Assembly: GCA_025201805.1 (NCBI GenBank)
Contig: MU619396.1
Span: forward strand, 1 to 64,000
Length of the DNA stretch: 64,000 nucleotides
Source: Parasitella parasitica NRRL 2501
Taxonomy: Eukaryota > Fungi > Mucoromycota
Direction of reading: 5' to 3'
The translations under genes were made by a program, and so were the position numbers. Of this stretch, positions 26,080 through 39,784 are shown piece after piece (the first letter of the stretch is position 1; each line of letters opens with the position of its first letter). Under the pieces are notes generated by a model. That model saw only the letters and a program-made list of their open reading frames with translations. It was not told the origin of the DNA and searched no databases.

Positions 26080-29000
26080 ATGAGTGATTCGGAAGACGAC
26101 TCGCAAGCCAACGACTCGAAATTATGGCATCGTAAGAGCTGTTCAAACCGCATATTTATTGGTCCTTGGGACATTAGGGCACCCCTTTCAACAAGCCCTC
26201 CTTCAAGTTCTGAGCAAATGTTCCCAAACACCGAGCACCACAGCTCCTCGATTATATCCGATTCAAGCATCAGATTATTACATGAGTATGGTCTATTGGC
26301 ATGCGCAGTTTTCAAAGCTCTAAACTCACTCGATACTTTGATTGTAGCCAGACGTTTGAAAACAGTGATAGCTCAACCAAAGCCATGCATGAAACATCGC
26401 GTAGAGGGGAGAGTGGCACCTCCTCCAAATCACTCAACTCAGGTCAAACGTCTGCAGATCAGCTCATTGCTCGGTCAAAAACCGATTCCACCATTTATAA
26501 CAGCGTAGGCTCACATCCGCATTTCTTGGAGCACATAGTCAAGCAGCAGGAAAATGACGATAAAGACCAAGAGATTGACTACAGTCTGCTGAGCCCAGGC
26601 ATGAATCTAGGACAAACATCATCGCTACCAAAAGTCACCAATGGTGTCGAATCGACCGAAACAGTTAAAGGCAAACTACGCATGGGTCAACAAACAAACA
26701 ATACACCCCCCACAACCCCATCGCCTCCTTATCCCATCAGAAAAGCAAGGGCAAAACGCATTCATCGCAGCAGCAAGAAGCCATTGATTTGGAAGAAGGC
26801 GGGATTTGTGTTTGTGTCAAGATTGCCAACTATTGTCACACCAGAGCCTGCGTCCATTCCGACAAGTAGGCCTATCAAACGAGAGCCCATTCTATGCATG
26901 CGGTCTGCTACAGGTTGCCAAAGTAATGAGCCTACACGCTACAAGGCAGCCAAAGAAGCCAGGTATGGATTGCTCACCGAAAAGTGGACACAGGTCGAGC
27001 TTGTTTTGACCGCATCTTACTTGTCTACCTATTCTTCATCGGTAAGCATCTGTAATGTGTACAAAGATATCTTGACACTAAGAATACTAAGCCCCCCCTC
27101 CCCTCGTAGCTCATGTTCTGGCCAAAGCAGCGATTAGAGCATCGGATCTATTTGGAAGGCACTCGTAAGCCTAAAAGGTTGGAGCTTTTCCTGCTGTCTG
27201 CTTTGGATTATTCTTTTTGTCTGCGATTTCAATCAAACTCTGGCCACACACCAGTGATGGTTACAATGACATTCAAGGCTAGATCATTTTTAAAATGTCA
27301 GGAATGGTACATGCAATTGTACAATATGCTACCTGATGAAAACAAGCATCCGACTCCTCAATGGTGCTCAGTTTATATACCTACACTAGATCTATCTGTC
27401 AACTTGCCGATGACCAAGAAAAATAGGAGCATCACCATGGATGATGTCAAAGAAGCCGTTATCACTGTACTGGAAAACGAAGGTGATTTGGTGCAGCGTC
27501 TCATACAGACAGATCAAATCAACAGAAATGTGTCAGTAGATGACCTGGGTCTTTGTTGGACTACAAAGGACCGTGCTGAATGGATTTACTGGACGTACGC
27601 TTCATCCGATCCTCAAAAACGCATTGATTATGCAATATGCCCGCAGAACGTCGAGCAAACCCACAGACTAGAATTACGACTAATTGAGCATACGCCTCAC
27701 GACATTATATTACGAGAAAACATGGTCTTGAAAGAGCCTCCTCCCGTAGAAGGGTTCCTCATGCGTGCCTCTGACTTTACCGGCAAAGGCGCATTCAACA
27801 AGATGAAGATGAACTACTTTGCCTCTTTTAATCAGTATCTGTTTTACATTCCTGCCAGTAAGGTGTCATCTCCGGACATGGCTTGCTTTATTGATGAAGA
27901 TCTGCTACCAAAGAGATTCAGAGCACAGCCATATGTTTCTGCAGTTTCTCCTTATGCATCAACATGCACTCCTGAAATTGAAGTGAGCGAGGTGGCGAGA
28001 CGTATGCGACTGATGACAGAGTCTAAAGGTTTCATTGACCTTACCGAGGTATCCTACGTTAGAAGGACTTTCTCTGATGACTTGACGGCTTTAGAAGAGT
28101 CTGGAATATCAGGCCAGTTCTCTCTCAGTAAGCGATCAAGCCGATCTCCTATTCTACCCAAACACGACAAACCTTCAAGGAAGCAAAGCTTTTTTGCCCC
28201 AAAGCAAAGTCATAGAAAGCCCTGTTTGGAAATTATCATGGAGAACGGTTTACAAGTTAGATTTGAGGTAAGAGCACTCTATTTCACATGACTACAAGAA
28301 CTCCACTTTAAATGCAAACTTTACATGAAAAGGTTTATTCAAGTGAAACGTGTGATTTGTGGGTGAATTATCTGGCTCAAATCATTGTTTACTGGAAAGC
28401 TCGTAAAGAAGCTGAAAAAGATGCACACTCTCATCATAGTTTTGCCCTCAATTCAACAATCGAAAATGAGAATGCATTGATTAAAACTGGAGTCAATACG
28501 GAGGATGGTTGCACGCACCGTAAAGAGAAAGAATTGGCAGATACTCGAATTTGGAGCTACTGTCTATATGAGCAGTGCCGAGATGTTGTGGTAAGACACT
28601 GCGTATATACATATATGCTTATTCCAAGTTTTTGCTTAATTTTCACGAAAACTAGAAATCTGGCATTCTTTACTGCAAGCCTCATAAGCGAGGCACATAC
28701 TCGCAAAAAATATTCATTCTGACAGCAAATGGATGGATATTGTTCTTTGACGTGTACAACCGAGAATCAAACAAAAAGGTGTGCAACCACGAAAAGAGAG
28801 GTGCCATCGATGCCGCAGGCTGTTACTTTTATTCTGGTTTTGATGGCAGTAAACAAAAAAAGGGATCAAATCATGAAAATCAGTGGAAAAAGACAGCTCG
28901 CATATACAGCAATGGCCTATCTACAGACGATGACTCGCTGTCGTGTATATTTTCCATCTGGAAGCCTAAACTTCGACGCTATTTCAGTCCCAAGAGGCAG

Positions 29001-29147
29001 AGGCTACGGGTTTACCGTCATGATCAACGTCTCAATCCCGATGGCCAAACTTGGACATTTTTGGCAAGGAGCAGAAGAGAGAAAGAAGAGTGGGTGTGTG
29101 CTTTGAATACTGTAACTGAGCATATGATTCGTTACGAAAATAGATAA
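26080..29147 (+). CDS. Spo71/Mug56-like PH-domain protein, multi-exon
   Basis: N-terminal RIFIGP; LEHRTHRLELR-like segment followed by LKEPPPVEGFL; C-terminal FLARSRREKEEWVCALN. Confidence 0.8.
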
Positions 29148-29878
29148 TAGTGCCATGTAAATTACCTGTTCTTTGTCCATGTTGTACATTTGTATTTATT
29201 AAATTTGAATTTGAATTTGATTGTAAAATTGTATTGTGCATTGTTAAGGAAATTGAGTGAATGATACTAAATAATCGAGTAAAAGATACTAAGTATTTCC
29301 CCTGCATTTGAGACAGTGAGTTCATACTTGCCCGATACCTTTGTCTTGAGTACAATTCGATTTAAACCGGGAAATCTCGTTTGTACTTTCGGAATTTAGC
29401 TTGCTATACCGATACAAGTGTATTTTGATAGCTCCTTGTGAACATCATATTCATTGCTATCTCATAGCCTAACATTTACGAAACCTTGATATTTTTGATC
29501 GATATATGCTCAAGAGTGCAGGTAGAGAAAAACTTGCAATCTTAAAAAGTAAATGCAGTGCTATTATACTCCTTTTATCGAATTCAATACTTTGGTTCAA
29601 AAATTTAATGCGATAAAACTGGCAATTTAATAATTGTATCAAGGTCAATTTATGAATACAGGTTGAATTGATTTTCGTTTATATGCTTTTGAAAGTATCA
29701 AAATATATGATACAGTATGTAAGATGCTTCGCTATGAACATTAAGGCAGAATAACTATCATGCTCTTATGTCACGTTGAGTAGGCATTGTTTGACACCCG
29801 AGAGCGTTTGTTTAAAATGATGGAACGCGCAATAGCTCTCTAGTTGAACTTTCCCTCTTTCTCAAACAAAACTGCACG

Positions 29879-30804
29879 ATGAACTACGAGGATTACGAAC
29901 AAACTTTTGCGTCTGCGCCCGTTCGATATGCTTTGGATGATCACGATAGTGACGAAGAAAATGAAGCCTGTGCTCAACTTGAACAGATAACTGTAGAGAC
30001 CAAGTTGACTTTCGATAGCAAAGACATTGAGAGCAGTAAATGGACGTTAATATTCGGTTTAAATGGTCCTGGTAATGTGTTTATCAATTCTCTTGAGGGA
30101 GTTACTACAACATCTATTGGAACAGTGGAGCGTTTGGTAAGTCGGATAGGGTAAAAGCCGAATAAGTTCAAGTCAATTTAACAGCCATGTTGTGATAGTT
30201 TAAAAATGAGAGCTCTACAACCAAAGCGAATATCCGCAGAATTGCAAACGAGTCTATTTTGCTAATTCCATTCACAAAAGAAATCCAAGCAGAGGAAGCC
30301 GCTTCTTACACCAAGGCCGTTTTTAATGCATTCAAGAAAAGCGTTGAAAAGGTGATTGTTTTGGATTCATTTACTGCTGCTGGTTATACATCAGAGACTT
30401 GGAATGAGGATATGGTACCTCCTTCATTGCGTGTCTTGCAGACTTCTTCAGCTCCTGTGATCGAAGCTTTGCCTCTTTTCGAAATTCCAAATATGATCAA
30501 GGCATTGGCGGCATCCATAGTGAACTATGTAAATCTAATTTTTCAAAGAATGAATACAAAGATCGCTAACCCTAACGCATAACCATAGTGTGAGATATAT
30601 TCAATTCCTTGCTACGATTTCCTTACTCTGCAAGAATCGATTTACGGTAAATTACTCGTGAATGAGGAGACATTAGAAGCATATAGTCAAGGATTCCAAC
30701 ATTTGGGTCTTGAATTCAAATTCAATGAGCAAGCTATGAAAAAGATTCTGAATGATATTCATACGGGACGTGTCGATGATAACCACCATCGCTTATATCT
30801 CTAA
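29879..30804 (+). CDS. Proteasome assembly chaperone 1 (PAC1/Pba1-like), 3 exons
   Basis: N-terminal PVRYALDDHDSDEE, PNMIKALAASIVNYCE, and a C-terminal HbYX-type end (..HRLYL*). Confidence 0.7.
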
Positions 30805-31032
30805 AGTTTCCCAGCACAATCCTTTTCCCATAAAAATTTTCAAGCATCACACCATAACAACTTATTTATACATAAAAGAAAACTGCATGCTTTGCAAAAT
30901 AAAAATATATCAAGAGAGGAATTTATACAAGAAGTATATATATATAAAAAGTTTCGTTTTTCTGTAGTTGGCGGATTTTGGCGATTATGTGTACATTTGA
31001 AAGTTCATGGAGGTATTCAGGAATTTTTTTTT

Positions 31033-31209
31033 TTAAACAGCCAAAAGCTCACCCCAGTTACGAAGAAAGACGATAGCACCGGTGAAAACAGTGACAGAGA
31101 GGGCAACATTGAGATTTCCTTGACGCTTCTCGGGTGAGAAAAGCTCTGACTTGATAGCTTGAACAAAAGATGTGCCTTGTTGGCCTTGCTCTAATTGACG
31201 TTTATCCAT
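31033..31209 (-). CDS. TOM6: Mitochondrial import receptor subunit Tom6-like (58 aa, not in ORF track)
   Basis: MDKRQLEQGQQGTSFVQAIKSELFSPEKRQGNLNVALSVTVFTGAIVFLRNWGELLAV*; tail TM followed by WGE, as in filamentous-fungal Tom6. Confidence 0.7.
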   Translation of the reverse strand: MDKRQLEQGQQGTSFVQAIKSELFSPEKRQGNLNVALSVTVFTGAIVFLRNWGELLAV

Positions 31210-31383
31210 TTTTGTATGTAGTTTGTGTTGGGAAAGAAGGAAGATTAGCTTAAAAAAATTTGGACATGGAGGGGTGGCCTACAATCTACTCAAGTCACGT
31301 AAACTTCTTTCTAATTGGGCTCTATTCAAGAGAGCATTTATGATATTGTTATCTTCCATTTTTCAAGCAAGTAAAAAAAAAAA

Positions 31384-31779
31384 ATGCCTATTCTTCGTCC
31401 AACTATCCTGCTAAATACTGCTGCAAAAGCTGCATCATTTAGATGTTTTCCTGCCATTACCAACAGACTTTATTCAGTTAGTGCATCCGACGCTCAAACT
31501 CGTATATTAGACGTTGTAAAGGGATTTGAAAAAATCGACCCAAGCAAGGTAGGTAAAAAAAAAGTGCATATGAACCGTTTGATATTTAGCCAAATAAAAT
31601 AGGTTACTATTGATTCTGTCTTTATGAAAGATCTTGGTTTAGATAGCCTAGACACTGTTGAAGTTGTGATGGCGATTGAAGAAGAATTCTCAGTAGAAAT
31701 TCCTGATAAAGATGCCGATGAAATCAAATCTGTCAAACAAGCAATTAATTACATTACCCAAAATCCCGATGCACAATAA
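31384..31779 (+). CDS. ACP1: Mitochondrial acyl carrier protein, 2 exons
   Basis: Basic presequence; [26 protein letters not shown]. Confidence 0.96.
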
Positions 31780-32015
31780 AAGCTAAAGCACCTAATGGAT
31801 ATAGTGGGTACATTTGGGAGTGTCTCCAAAGATTATAATCACACTCTGATTGTTTAGAACAAATTACATTGAAAAATATATTAAAAAAAGTAGTAGCACA
31901 AAGTATGGTTATGGTACAACAATGCCGTGTTGGGAATCTTCTTTGTGAGCTTTCAAGTAGCAGACTGCCTAAGGGGGGATAATTTGTATTCTTTTTATTT
32001 TCTAGTAAAAACGTT

Positions 32016-33442
32016 TTACACAATTTCTTGAATGACCATATCCTCATCGACATCCTCCTTTTCCTCTTCAGGTTTGACCTCTGAAATCTCTGCATTATCT
32101 TCATCGCGGACCAGCATATCAACAATGCTAACACAGCGCTCTTTGAGATCTGGTTCATTCTCTTGCAAATCATAACGTTGGATCACACGGTAAACTTGCT
32201 TATCACGTAAGTAATTACGACCAAAACGTGTTGAAGTCAATAAAATAATCGAATCTAGTAGCAATTCACGAAGGGTGTGATCTAGTTCGCGTTTCTACCA
32301 GAAAATGGCATTAGGAATAGCGCATTAGCTTCATCTTTTGCTATTACCTTGTCATTGTCCAGCAATTGAATTTCCTCAGGAAATTGCTCAAATTCTTCCA
32401 TGTCATATTCCTCATTACCACACAAAGGCAACAAGATGAAGGGTAATACATTGATATCATTGGGGTCCAAGAGGCGTTCGTGTTCACGAGTTTCAAAGCA
32501 ACAGTTCTTGATGGCAGAGTCTGCGCCACCACGACGAATGACATGGGGATCTTCGGTGAAGATTTGAATTTTCGTAAGTGGTGATAAGTTATCTATTTCA
32601 GCTCGCTCAATCAAAAACACACGACCCGAGCGAATGCTAGAAACATTAGAGAATACACTAGCCAAATAGTGGAATTCAGCTTTAGGATTATATTCCCTTT
32701 TGAACCCTTTGTGGAAAGCTTCTACAAGTTGGTCCAACAAACGGGTAGATTCAGATAACCCTTCAACAGGATCAGCTTGGCTTTGAATAACCCGGACGCA
32801 TGTTGATTCCAACCTAGTCATATTAGACAAAAGCATACAACCAAAGTCAGCAAGAATAGATTTGGGATTCTAGAGTGCGTATACGTTTAGAATCACAAAT
32901 AGCATATTCACCAAATCACTTACAGTGATCACGTTTCCGATGAAAGTTAAGAAATCCTGGTCATCCAACTCCTGCTGAACAAGAGGATCACTGGACAAAT
33001 TGACTAACGCACTAAAAGCGTTGTGAGCAGTAACCTAAAATTACAATGTTAAATAATTAGTATGTTGCTGCAGATGAGATTGATGTATCCTGTCAATTCC
33101 GTTGTCATGAAATCCAATGCCTCCGCCCCCCACTGCTTTTCTCAATTTACTTACGGCATCTTCTTTACATAAAGCTTTAAGGTCTTTGCAGACAGCTTGC
33201 TTTTGCTTAATTAGCAAATGACGATATTCGTTTCCTTCGGGAGTATAAGGAAGAAGATGATGAAGGGCAATAGATCTGACCTAAAACGGCGATTGCCTGT
33301 TAATAATGAAACGAAATGTCATGACAGTAATTTACCTGTAAAGAAGGTTGATGCAGGAAGGGAATAAGCTAGTTTTGACAGTTATTAGCATATCTCCAGA
33401 TTTACATTGAAGCATAATTACTTCTTTGATTTGAGCGTCCAT
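32016..33442 (-). CDS. HGH1: Hgh1 (eEF2 chaperone), multi-exon
   Basis: LADFGCMLLSNMT, YNPKAEFHYLASVFSNVS, IRRGGADSAIKNCCF, LPFILLPL, RNYLRDKQVYRVI. Confidence 0.9.
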
Positions 33443-33804
33443 TGTATATTGGATAGCAATTTATGAAAAGCAACAAATTTTTCGAAGGGATTGTTCAACC
33501 AAGGTTTTAAGGTGACTGTGCTGATGACAAAAAAAAAAAAAAAGTTTCGAAGATGAAAGAAGGTTTTACAACTTCTGTAATCCATTGCATGTTGCATGCT
33601 TAAGAAATTATTTTTGTGGTGTCAAATATTAATACAAAAGAAAAGGAGGGAGGGGAGGTGGTGGTACATGGACTATTGGAATTGATATTTTATTTCTTGT
33701 GTTGATTTATAGATATATTTGTGTGTAGGTGTGTGGGAGCGCCTGGGAGTGTTTGAGTGTGTGTTTAAATCTATATACATCATTATCTGGGGCATTAAAT
33801 GTAT

Positions 33805-34248
33805 TTAGGCAGCACCAACGAGGATATTGTTGATGGGAATGTGAATAAGCTATAGACGCGTAAGAAAACGTTAGCAATGGCCTATTACTACGATATAATA
33901 CAAAACACAAAGGGGCCGACATTTCATTGGAGATCATTTTCTCTCCAAATCCTCTTTTCTTTGACCCATACTCTCACCATCCTCTACCAAACTCATGTGT
34001 GAAAATAATTACCTTGACGAAATAACCAAGAGCACCCAGAGCAGCAAAACCCATAGCAACAGCTTGAACAATCTTCAAGTATTCTATACTTGATGTTAAA
34101 ATTGAAATTGTTTGCGCTGGGAGTGTATTATTATACCTTGTTGATCAGGCTTCTTACAACGGTTGATGAATTGAAAGCCGTCTTTGAAGAATTGCTTAGG
34201 ACCTTCGATAACTTGTTGGGCTGTGTCTTTGATATCAGAAGAGCTCAT
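33805..34248 (-). CDS. SSS1: Sec61 translocon gamma subunit, 3 exons
   Basis: [54 protein letters not shown]. Confidence 0.96.
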
Positions 34249-35116
34249 TATGTCTTGTTTTTTGATGAAGGAAAGAAAGGATGATTGGAAAGGAAATTCA
34301 AATTGTTGCAAAATAAAGGTGGTTGGTGATATTTCATTGGTTTAACGGCTGTACAGCCAATCAGTCTTTGTCAAGTTATATTTGACCCGTCGTTTGATGG
34401 TTGTGCTTAAAGGTAGTACAATCCCTTTACTCTCTTTGCGGAGGCCTTTTCTGTAAATGTACGTATAGACATGCAAACAAAAGATAAATGTATCTTGTCA
34501 GGGCAGGTTGATAAAAATTCGACTCCAACACTAATATTTAATACGGCAAGGTTTTCAAGGCAATGTGACCATACGAGACATTTAGTGAGCAGACACGCTT
34601 TCAAAAGGTATTGCTAAGAAGTTCTATACTAGCGCGCAAGTATTCCAAGACGGGATTATGTACGCTGATAAATAATACGTTTGGTTTTGCTAAATATGGA
34701 TCATAAGGAAATAAAGGTAGCCATGATGGGATGGAAGATTTTATTACAAGCTCTTGGCCTATCCAATGCTTGTTTATTTTTGTAACGAAATACTTGGATA
34801 TAAAATGATCTGCTAGTTCAGAACAAGCAACAGAGGCATTATAGGCTAGATTTACATGTGGATATATCGGATGTAAAACAGATAGATAATAGAATAGATA
34901 AACAATTTAATATCAAATCGTAAAGTTTTTTGTTACTCAATAATCTTTGCTGAAAAACCGTTCACATGTAGACATTCATGACACTTTATAATGATTGACC
35001 AAACAAGGCAAAAAGTGAAATGCACGCTCCCACCCCTCAAATCTCAATAAATTATGATCTTTGATATTTCTCTCTCCTTTCTCTCTCTCTTTCTTTCATC
35101 TGAATATCATAGAACA

Positions 35117-37193
35117 ATGAGTGAATCAAAGAAAAAACTCGCACATATAAACTATGGCTCCTTGAGTAAAGACAGTAATGATGCCACTACTATAGTTGAT
35201 CCAGGGCAGGAAAGATTAAATCAGCTTGGGTATAAACAGGTAAGCACACAACGTCAACATCTTGATGCCATTTATCGAATATAGTGCATTAGGAATTATC
35301 AAGAAGATTGTCGACATTTGCAACGTTTGGTAGTAACTCTAAAACACTGCTGTTTCATATTTAACCTTAAAATATTTGGACAGGGTTAGCGTTTTCAAAC
35401 ATTGGCATATTATCAAATACATCTGCGACATTTCAAACAGGTACTTTATTTGATGTCATACAATGACATAAGATATCGCATTAAACTCTTCCTATCAGTG
35501 CTACAAAGAGGCGGCCCTGTGATAATGCTCTTAAGCTGGAACATGGTTGCCATATTTATGATGTGCGTAGCGCTATCATTAGCAGAGATATGTTCGTTAT
35601 ATCCAACAAGCGGAGGACTGTATTATTGGGTATACGAGCTGGTAAGCAAACATCCCAAAGGAAAATCCAAGGCCCCTTTAGCGTAAGGATCATCGATCAC
35701 GCATAAGATGATGAAACAAGTGATGTCTAACAGTAATTGCTCGAATTAGTGCTTTTGTTACTGGTTGGACTTACTCGCTAGCGAACGTAATCTCCATTGG
35801 TGCTACCAACGTGACAGTAGGTTCGTTAGAAAGTGTTTCTTTGGTTGTTTGCAAGCACCTTAACCAACTGTTCCATAGCAATGTCATTGGGATCGATTAT
35901 CAAATTAGCCTTAGATGTAGACGTACCGAAATCATGTCTGATGATTGTAACTCTTATTATAACATTATTGCATGGTTATTTGAACACTCGTGATATGGGT
36001 GGTTTGGCAATCTTAAATCAGTGGAGCGTATTTTGGTCATGCACAGGCCTTTTGGTGATTATCACGGCACTATCTTGCCTAGCACCACATAGAAATGCAT
36101 CTTGGGTGTTTACTCACTTTGAAAACCAATCTGGTTTCGAAAATCCTGGCTATGTGCTTGTTCTTGGTATGATCGGTGCTGCTTATTCGCTATTTGGTAT
36201 ATGTGTACGCAATTAGGCCACGTTGTACAAATGCTAACGTTTGCTTTAAAGGTTGTGAGTGTGCAGCATCTGTAAATGAAGAGACAAAAGACGCGGATAT
36301 ATCATCTCCATTGTAAGAATGCCTTGCAAGGGCAAGTGAGCGTAGGTGCTGACTTATTGAAATAGGGCCATGGTAAGCTCAATTGCAGTGTCTTGGGCGG
36401 TAGGATTAGCACTTTTGATCGTTTTATTGTTTTCAATTCAAGACATCGATGCAATTCTCAACTCCACGCTTCACATGCCGGTAGCGCAACTATTTTTTGT
36501 ATGCAGATAAGTGTATGAAGTATCCAGGAAACTTCCATGTAACAAGATTTTTTATCCAGGATGCTGTTGGCGTATGGGGAACAATGGGATTCTTAGTTTT
36601 GATTGTCGTATGTCAGTTTTGCACAGGTGCAACAACTATTACGATTACTTCAAGACAGATTTATGCTCTGGCAAGAGACCATGCGGCTCCAATGAGTTCA
36701 GATCTCAAGAAAATCAATCCTTACAAATTGCCTGAAAATGCTGTTTGGTTTACTGTAGCTATGACATGTCTAGTTGTATTGCCATTCCCTTTATCTGAGC
36801 ATCTGTTCGAGACGATTGTAAGCGCAACTACTATTACTATTCATTTCAGTTATGGTGGGTGAGCACAGACGCATAAAATGATATCATGCTGAAACAATTT
36901 CTTTTTACACAGCTATGGTGTTGGGATGTCGTCTCATCGCGCCAGATCCAGAAAAGAAAAAAGGGCGGTTTAATTTGGGTCGATGGAGTCTGCCGATCAA
37001 TATTGTAGGGTTTTCCTGGGCAGTTTTTGCCGTGTTCGCATTTATTTTGCCTACTTCGTGGCCAATCACAAGTGATAACTTCAATTATGCTGGTGTTGGG
37101 TTAGTTTTGGTGATCATGACAGTTGTATCATTTTGGTCAAGATGGGGAAAATATCACTATGAAGGTCCAAAGGCTATGACCGATGAGATCTAA
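35117..37193 (+). CDS. APC-family amino acid/polyamine/GABA permease (Uga4/Tpo5-like), many exons
   Basis: LGYKQELSRRL, GGPVIML, SLAEICSLYPTSGGLYYW, SRQIYALARD, GRFNLGRWS, NFNYA. Confidence 0.9.
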
Positions 37194-37408
37194 ATCTTTC
37201 AGACATATATTGCGATTTACACCGAATGTATCAATAAAACATATGTAGAGAAATCCACCCCTTAAAAACTGATTTCCTAAAAAGAAATAACCATGACGAT
37301 ATGCTACAGAATGATGATACAAGACTGCAAATATGTCGAAGTTGTATATACATGACGAGAGTGATCAAAATTATACTAGTTTATTTACATATTTACATAT
37401 ACAATGTT

Positions 37409-38236
37409 TTATTTTCTAAACGATTTTTTCGAATCTGAAGAACCATTTCTTCGGTGATGTGGAATATTCTTGAGAGCTGAATTCAATTTTAACATGAACT
37501 TCTTAACGCGCTGCTGTTGCTGATGTTCTAATATATCTGGAATACTGCTTTCGCTGACCGGCCGTGAAATATCAAAGTCTTGTTCGCTGATGGCATATGT
37601 AGAAGTTGATCCACTATGTAGCGGAGAAAGAAGAAATGTTCCAGCTTTAGGTGATAACAAGAATGGACTATTCACAGAATTGGTTGTATTTACTGCTGTG
37701 CTGTGTCTTTTGGCAACTGTAGAGACGACTGGCTCTTGGAAGTGTATCATGGATGGAAGAGGAGGAGAGTTTGCTGAGAATTCTATTTGTTTTGGTGATT
37801 CAGTAATAATCTTGGCATCGCCATGTACAGGTGCTCGGCCTAATTTGACTCTAGTCTTTTGCCACCAAACAGGAGGGCATGTGGTTCCATTCTGCTCGTC
37901 ATGGACAGAAGGCCTCTGACGAATACTATTCTCCATAGTGCTAAATGTCGGTAAACTAGCTCTTCTTAATGCCAGTTCTTGTTCTTCTTGGTTCAGTTGA
38001 AGATAATCGTCGGATGTCAAGACATTCCTAGATGGAGAAATAGGTACTGATTGAGATCGACGTCTATTTCTTGTATTGGTGCTATTGGTAAGCAATTGCT
38101 GTGTTGCTAACCCTGATTGAAATACATAATACAGAACAGAACAGATCCAATAAATCTCGGACTGAACCAATGCCACACTTATGATAATGTAACTAGGGCT
38201 ACTCTTGCTTGATTTAGGATGAAGTGTAGACTTCAT
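37409..38236 (-). CDS. Hypothetical protein: N-terminal hydrophobic segment and Ser-rich disordered tail
   Basis: 275-aa intronless ORF; several RRxS-type sites. Confidence 0.7.
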   Translation of the reverse strand: MKSTLHPKSSKSSPSYIIISVALVQSEIYWICSVLYYVFQSGLATQQLLTNSTNTRNRRRSQSVPISPSRNVLTSDDYLQLNQEEQELALRRASLPTFSTMENSIRQRPSVHDEQNGTTCPPVWWQKTRVKLGRAPVHGDAKIITESPKQIEFSANSPPLPSMIHFQEPVVSTVAKRHSTAVNTTNSVNSPFLLSPKAGTFLLSPLHSGSTSTYAISEQDFDISRPVSESSIPDILEHQQQQRVKKFMLKLNSALKNIPHHRRNGSSDSKKSFRK

Positions 38237-39711
38237 ATTTTGTAAAGTTTTTATTTCAAAAGAAAAAGTTTAAATTGAAAGAAGAAGGGAATATTTTACT
38301 TTCTGAAGTTTTTGATCTTTAACTCTTTTTATATCTGTTTTTGGTACTCTTTTAAATGTCAGTGTAGAAAATAAGAATTTTATCATTTTTTTACGGCTTT
38401 ACACAATCGAGATTAGTCATGATGCTTTATTATTATAAAAGTGATATGAACGGTGTGATGAGTTGGTCCACTCTACATTTTGACCCGAAAAAAAAAGTTG
38501 AAATCAATCAAACATCCACCATTTATCGGAATAAAAATATAGTGGGGGATACACCTCTGAACCCTCTCCAGGAATAAAGTCGCCGTCTTTGGTAACATTT
38601 GATATCAGACCCAGCAACAGAAAAGTTGTTTATGTTCTACGGTCGTATATATAAATCAAAGAGATACCGTATGCGGATTGCAATCCTGTGGCGAGATCTT
38701 GAGGTCAGGTAATAATCGATGCGGAAAAGTGCTGGGCAATAGTTCATGGATCGGTGCATTTACTTTCAAAGAAGGACAATTGCCAGGATTTAAAATACCG
38801 GGAGTTAAGAAATTCTTAAACGAAAGCAAGCAAATTGGTTATTGGTAGTGTTCTTTATATCAGTTGCTCATAATAAATAATTGCTCTTTTCTTTAAATCC
38901 ATAATCTGATGCCACACAGAAGAAAAAGAGTTCCTTCCTACTTGATTTGCTTTATTCAATGGTTTTTATCTGAACAATAACTACATATACAATGGCTACA
39001 AGATGTGTATACACGCAATATAATGTGGTTACATAATTGCCAGGCTTCTAGTTTTATCTTTTATTTTCAATAATCCTGTATAGACAGTCGTCAGTCATTC
39101 TAAACACAGAGAAATGAAAATTTAATCAATAGAAAAGGATAATACAATACGCAGAGCGTAGGACACCTTTATTCAGTGTATTTGCAATCCGTAGGGAAAA
39201 TCATATTTTCTTGCTGTCCGAATGAAAAAATCTTATTAATCAGAATATTAATTCTCGCAACTTTTTTTTTTGCTTGCACAATATTATATCAACATCACAT
39301 CTACAATGTGACGAGCACAACAATAGAGTTGATTAATCCGTCTGGATTTTGAACAAAAACATCACCAAATTGAGATGGTTAATATTCTAAATGTATTTTT
39401 CTGGAGTTTATGGTAATGAGAATAACCTTAATAAAACATAAAATTTACAAACAAAACAAAAAAAACTCCTATTTCTAGAAACCAAGATGGACAAATACAA
39501 TGGCAAATTCAGGGAATAGCTTACAATTAGTACAATATGGTATGAAATTTACTAAATAATATTGTTTTCATCCTGTCAATCAAAGTCTACTTTTTTCGCC
39601 CTCATCCAACATTTGCCTGAGCATTGCATAATGTATATCACGTGCTTTTGTTCTATCTTTTATTAACTAATTAGCTATTATAAAATTTAACATTTTATAA
39701 AAATAAGCAGT

Positions 39712-39784
39712 GCCGGGCTAGCTCAATCGGTAGAGCGTGAGACTCTTAATCTCAAGGTTGAGGGTTCGACCCCCTCGTTCGGCT
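39712..39784 (+). tRNA. tRNA-Lys (anticodon CTT), intronless
   Basis: Acceptor GCCGGGC/GTTCGGC, anticodon arm TGAGA-CTCTTAA-TCTCA, T-loop TTCGACC, poly-T terminator. Confidence 0.97.

Noticed and set aside
26080-26508. Programmed frameshift between the overlapping ORFs 26080 and 26301
   Set aside because: Explained by a normal GT-AG intron at about 26286-26348
33035-34012. Intronic snoRNAs in the longer HGH1 and SEC61-gamma introns
   Set aside because: No convincing C/D or H/ACA box pairs; only a 7-bp hairpin (TTGGAGA/TCTCCAA)
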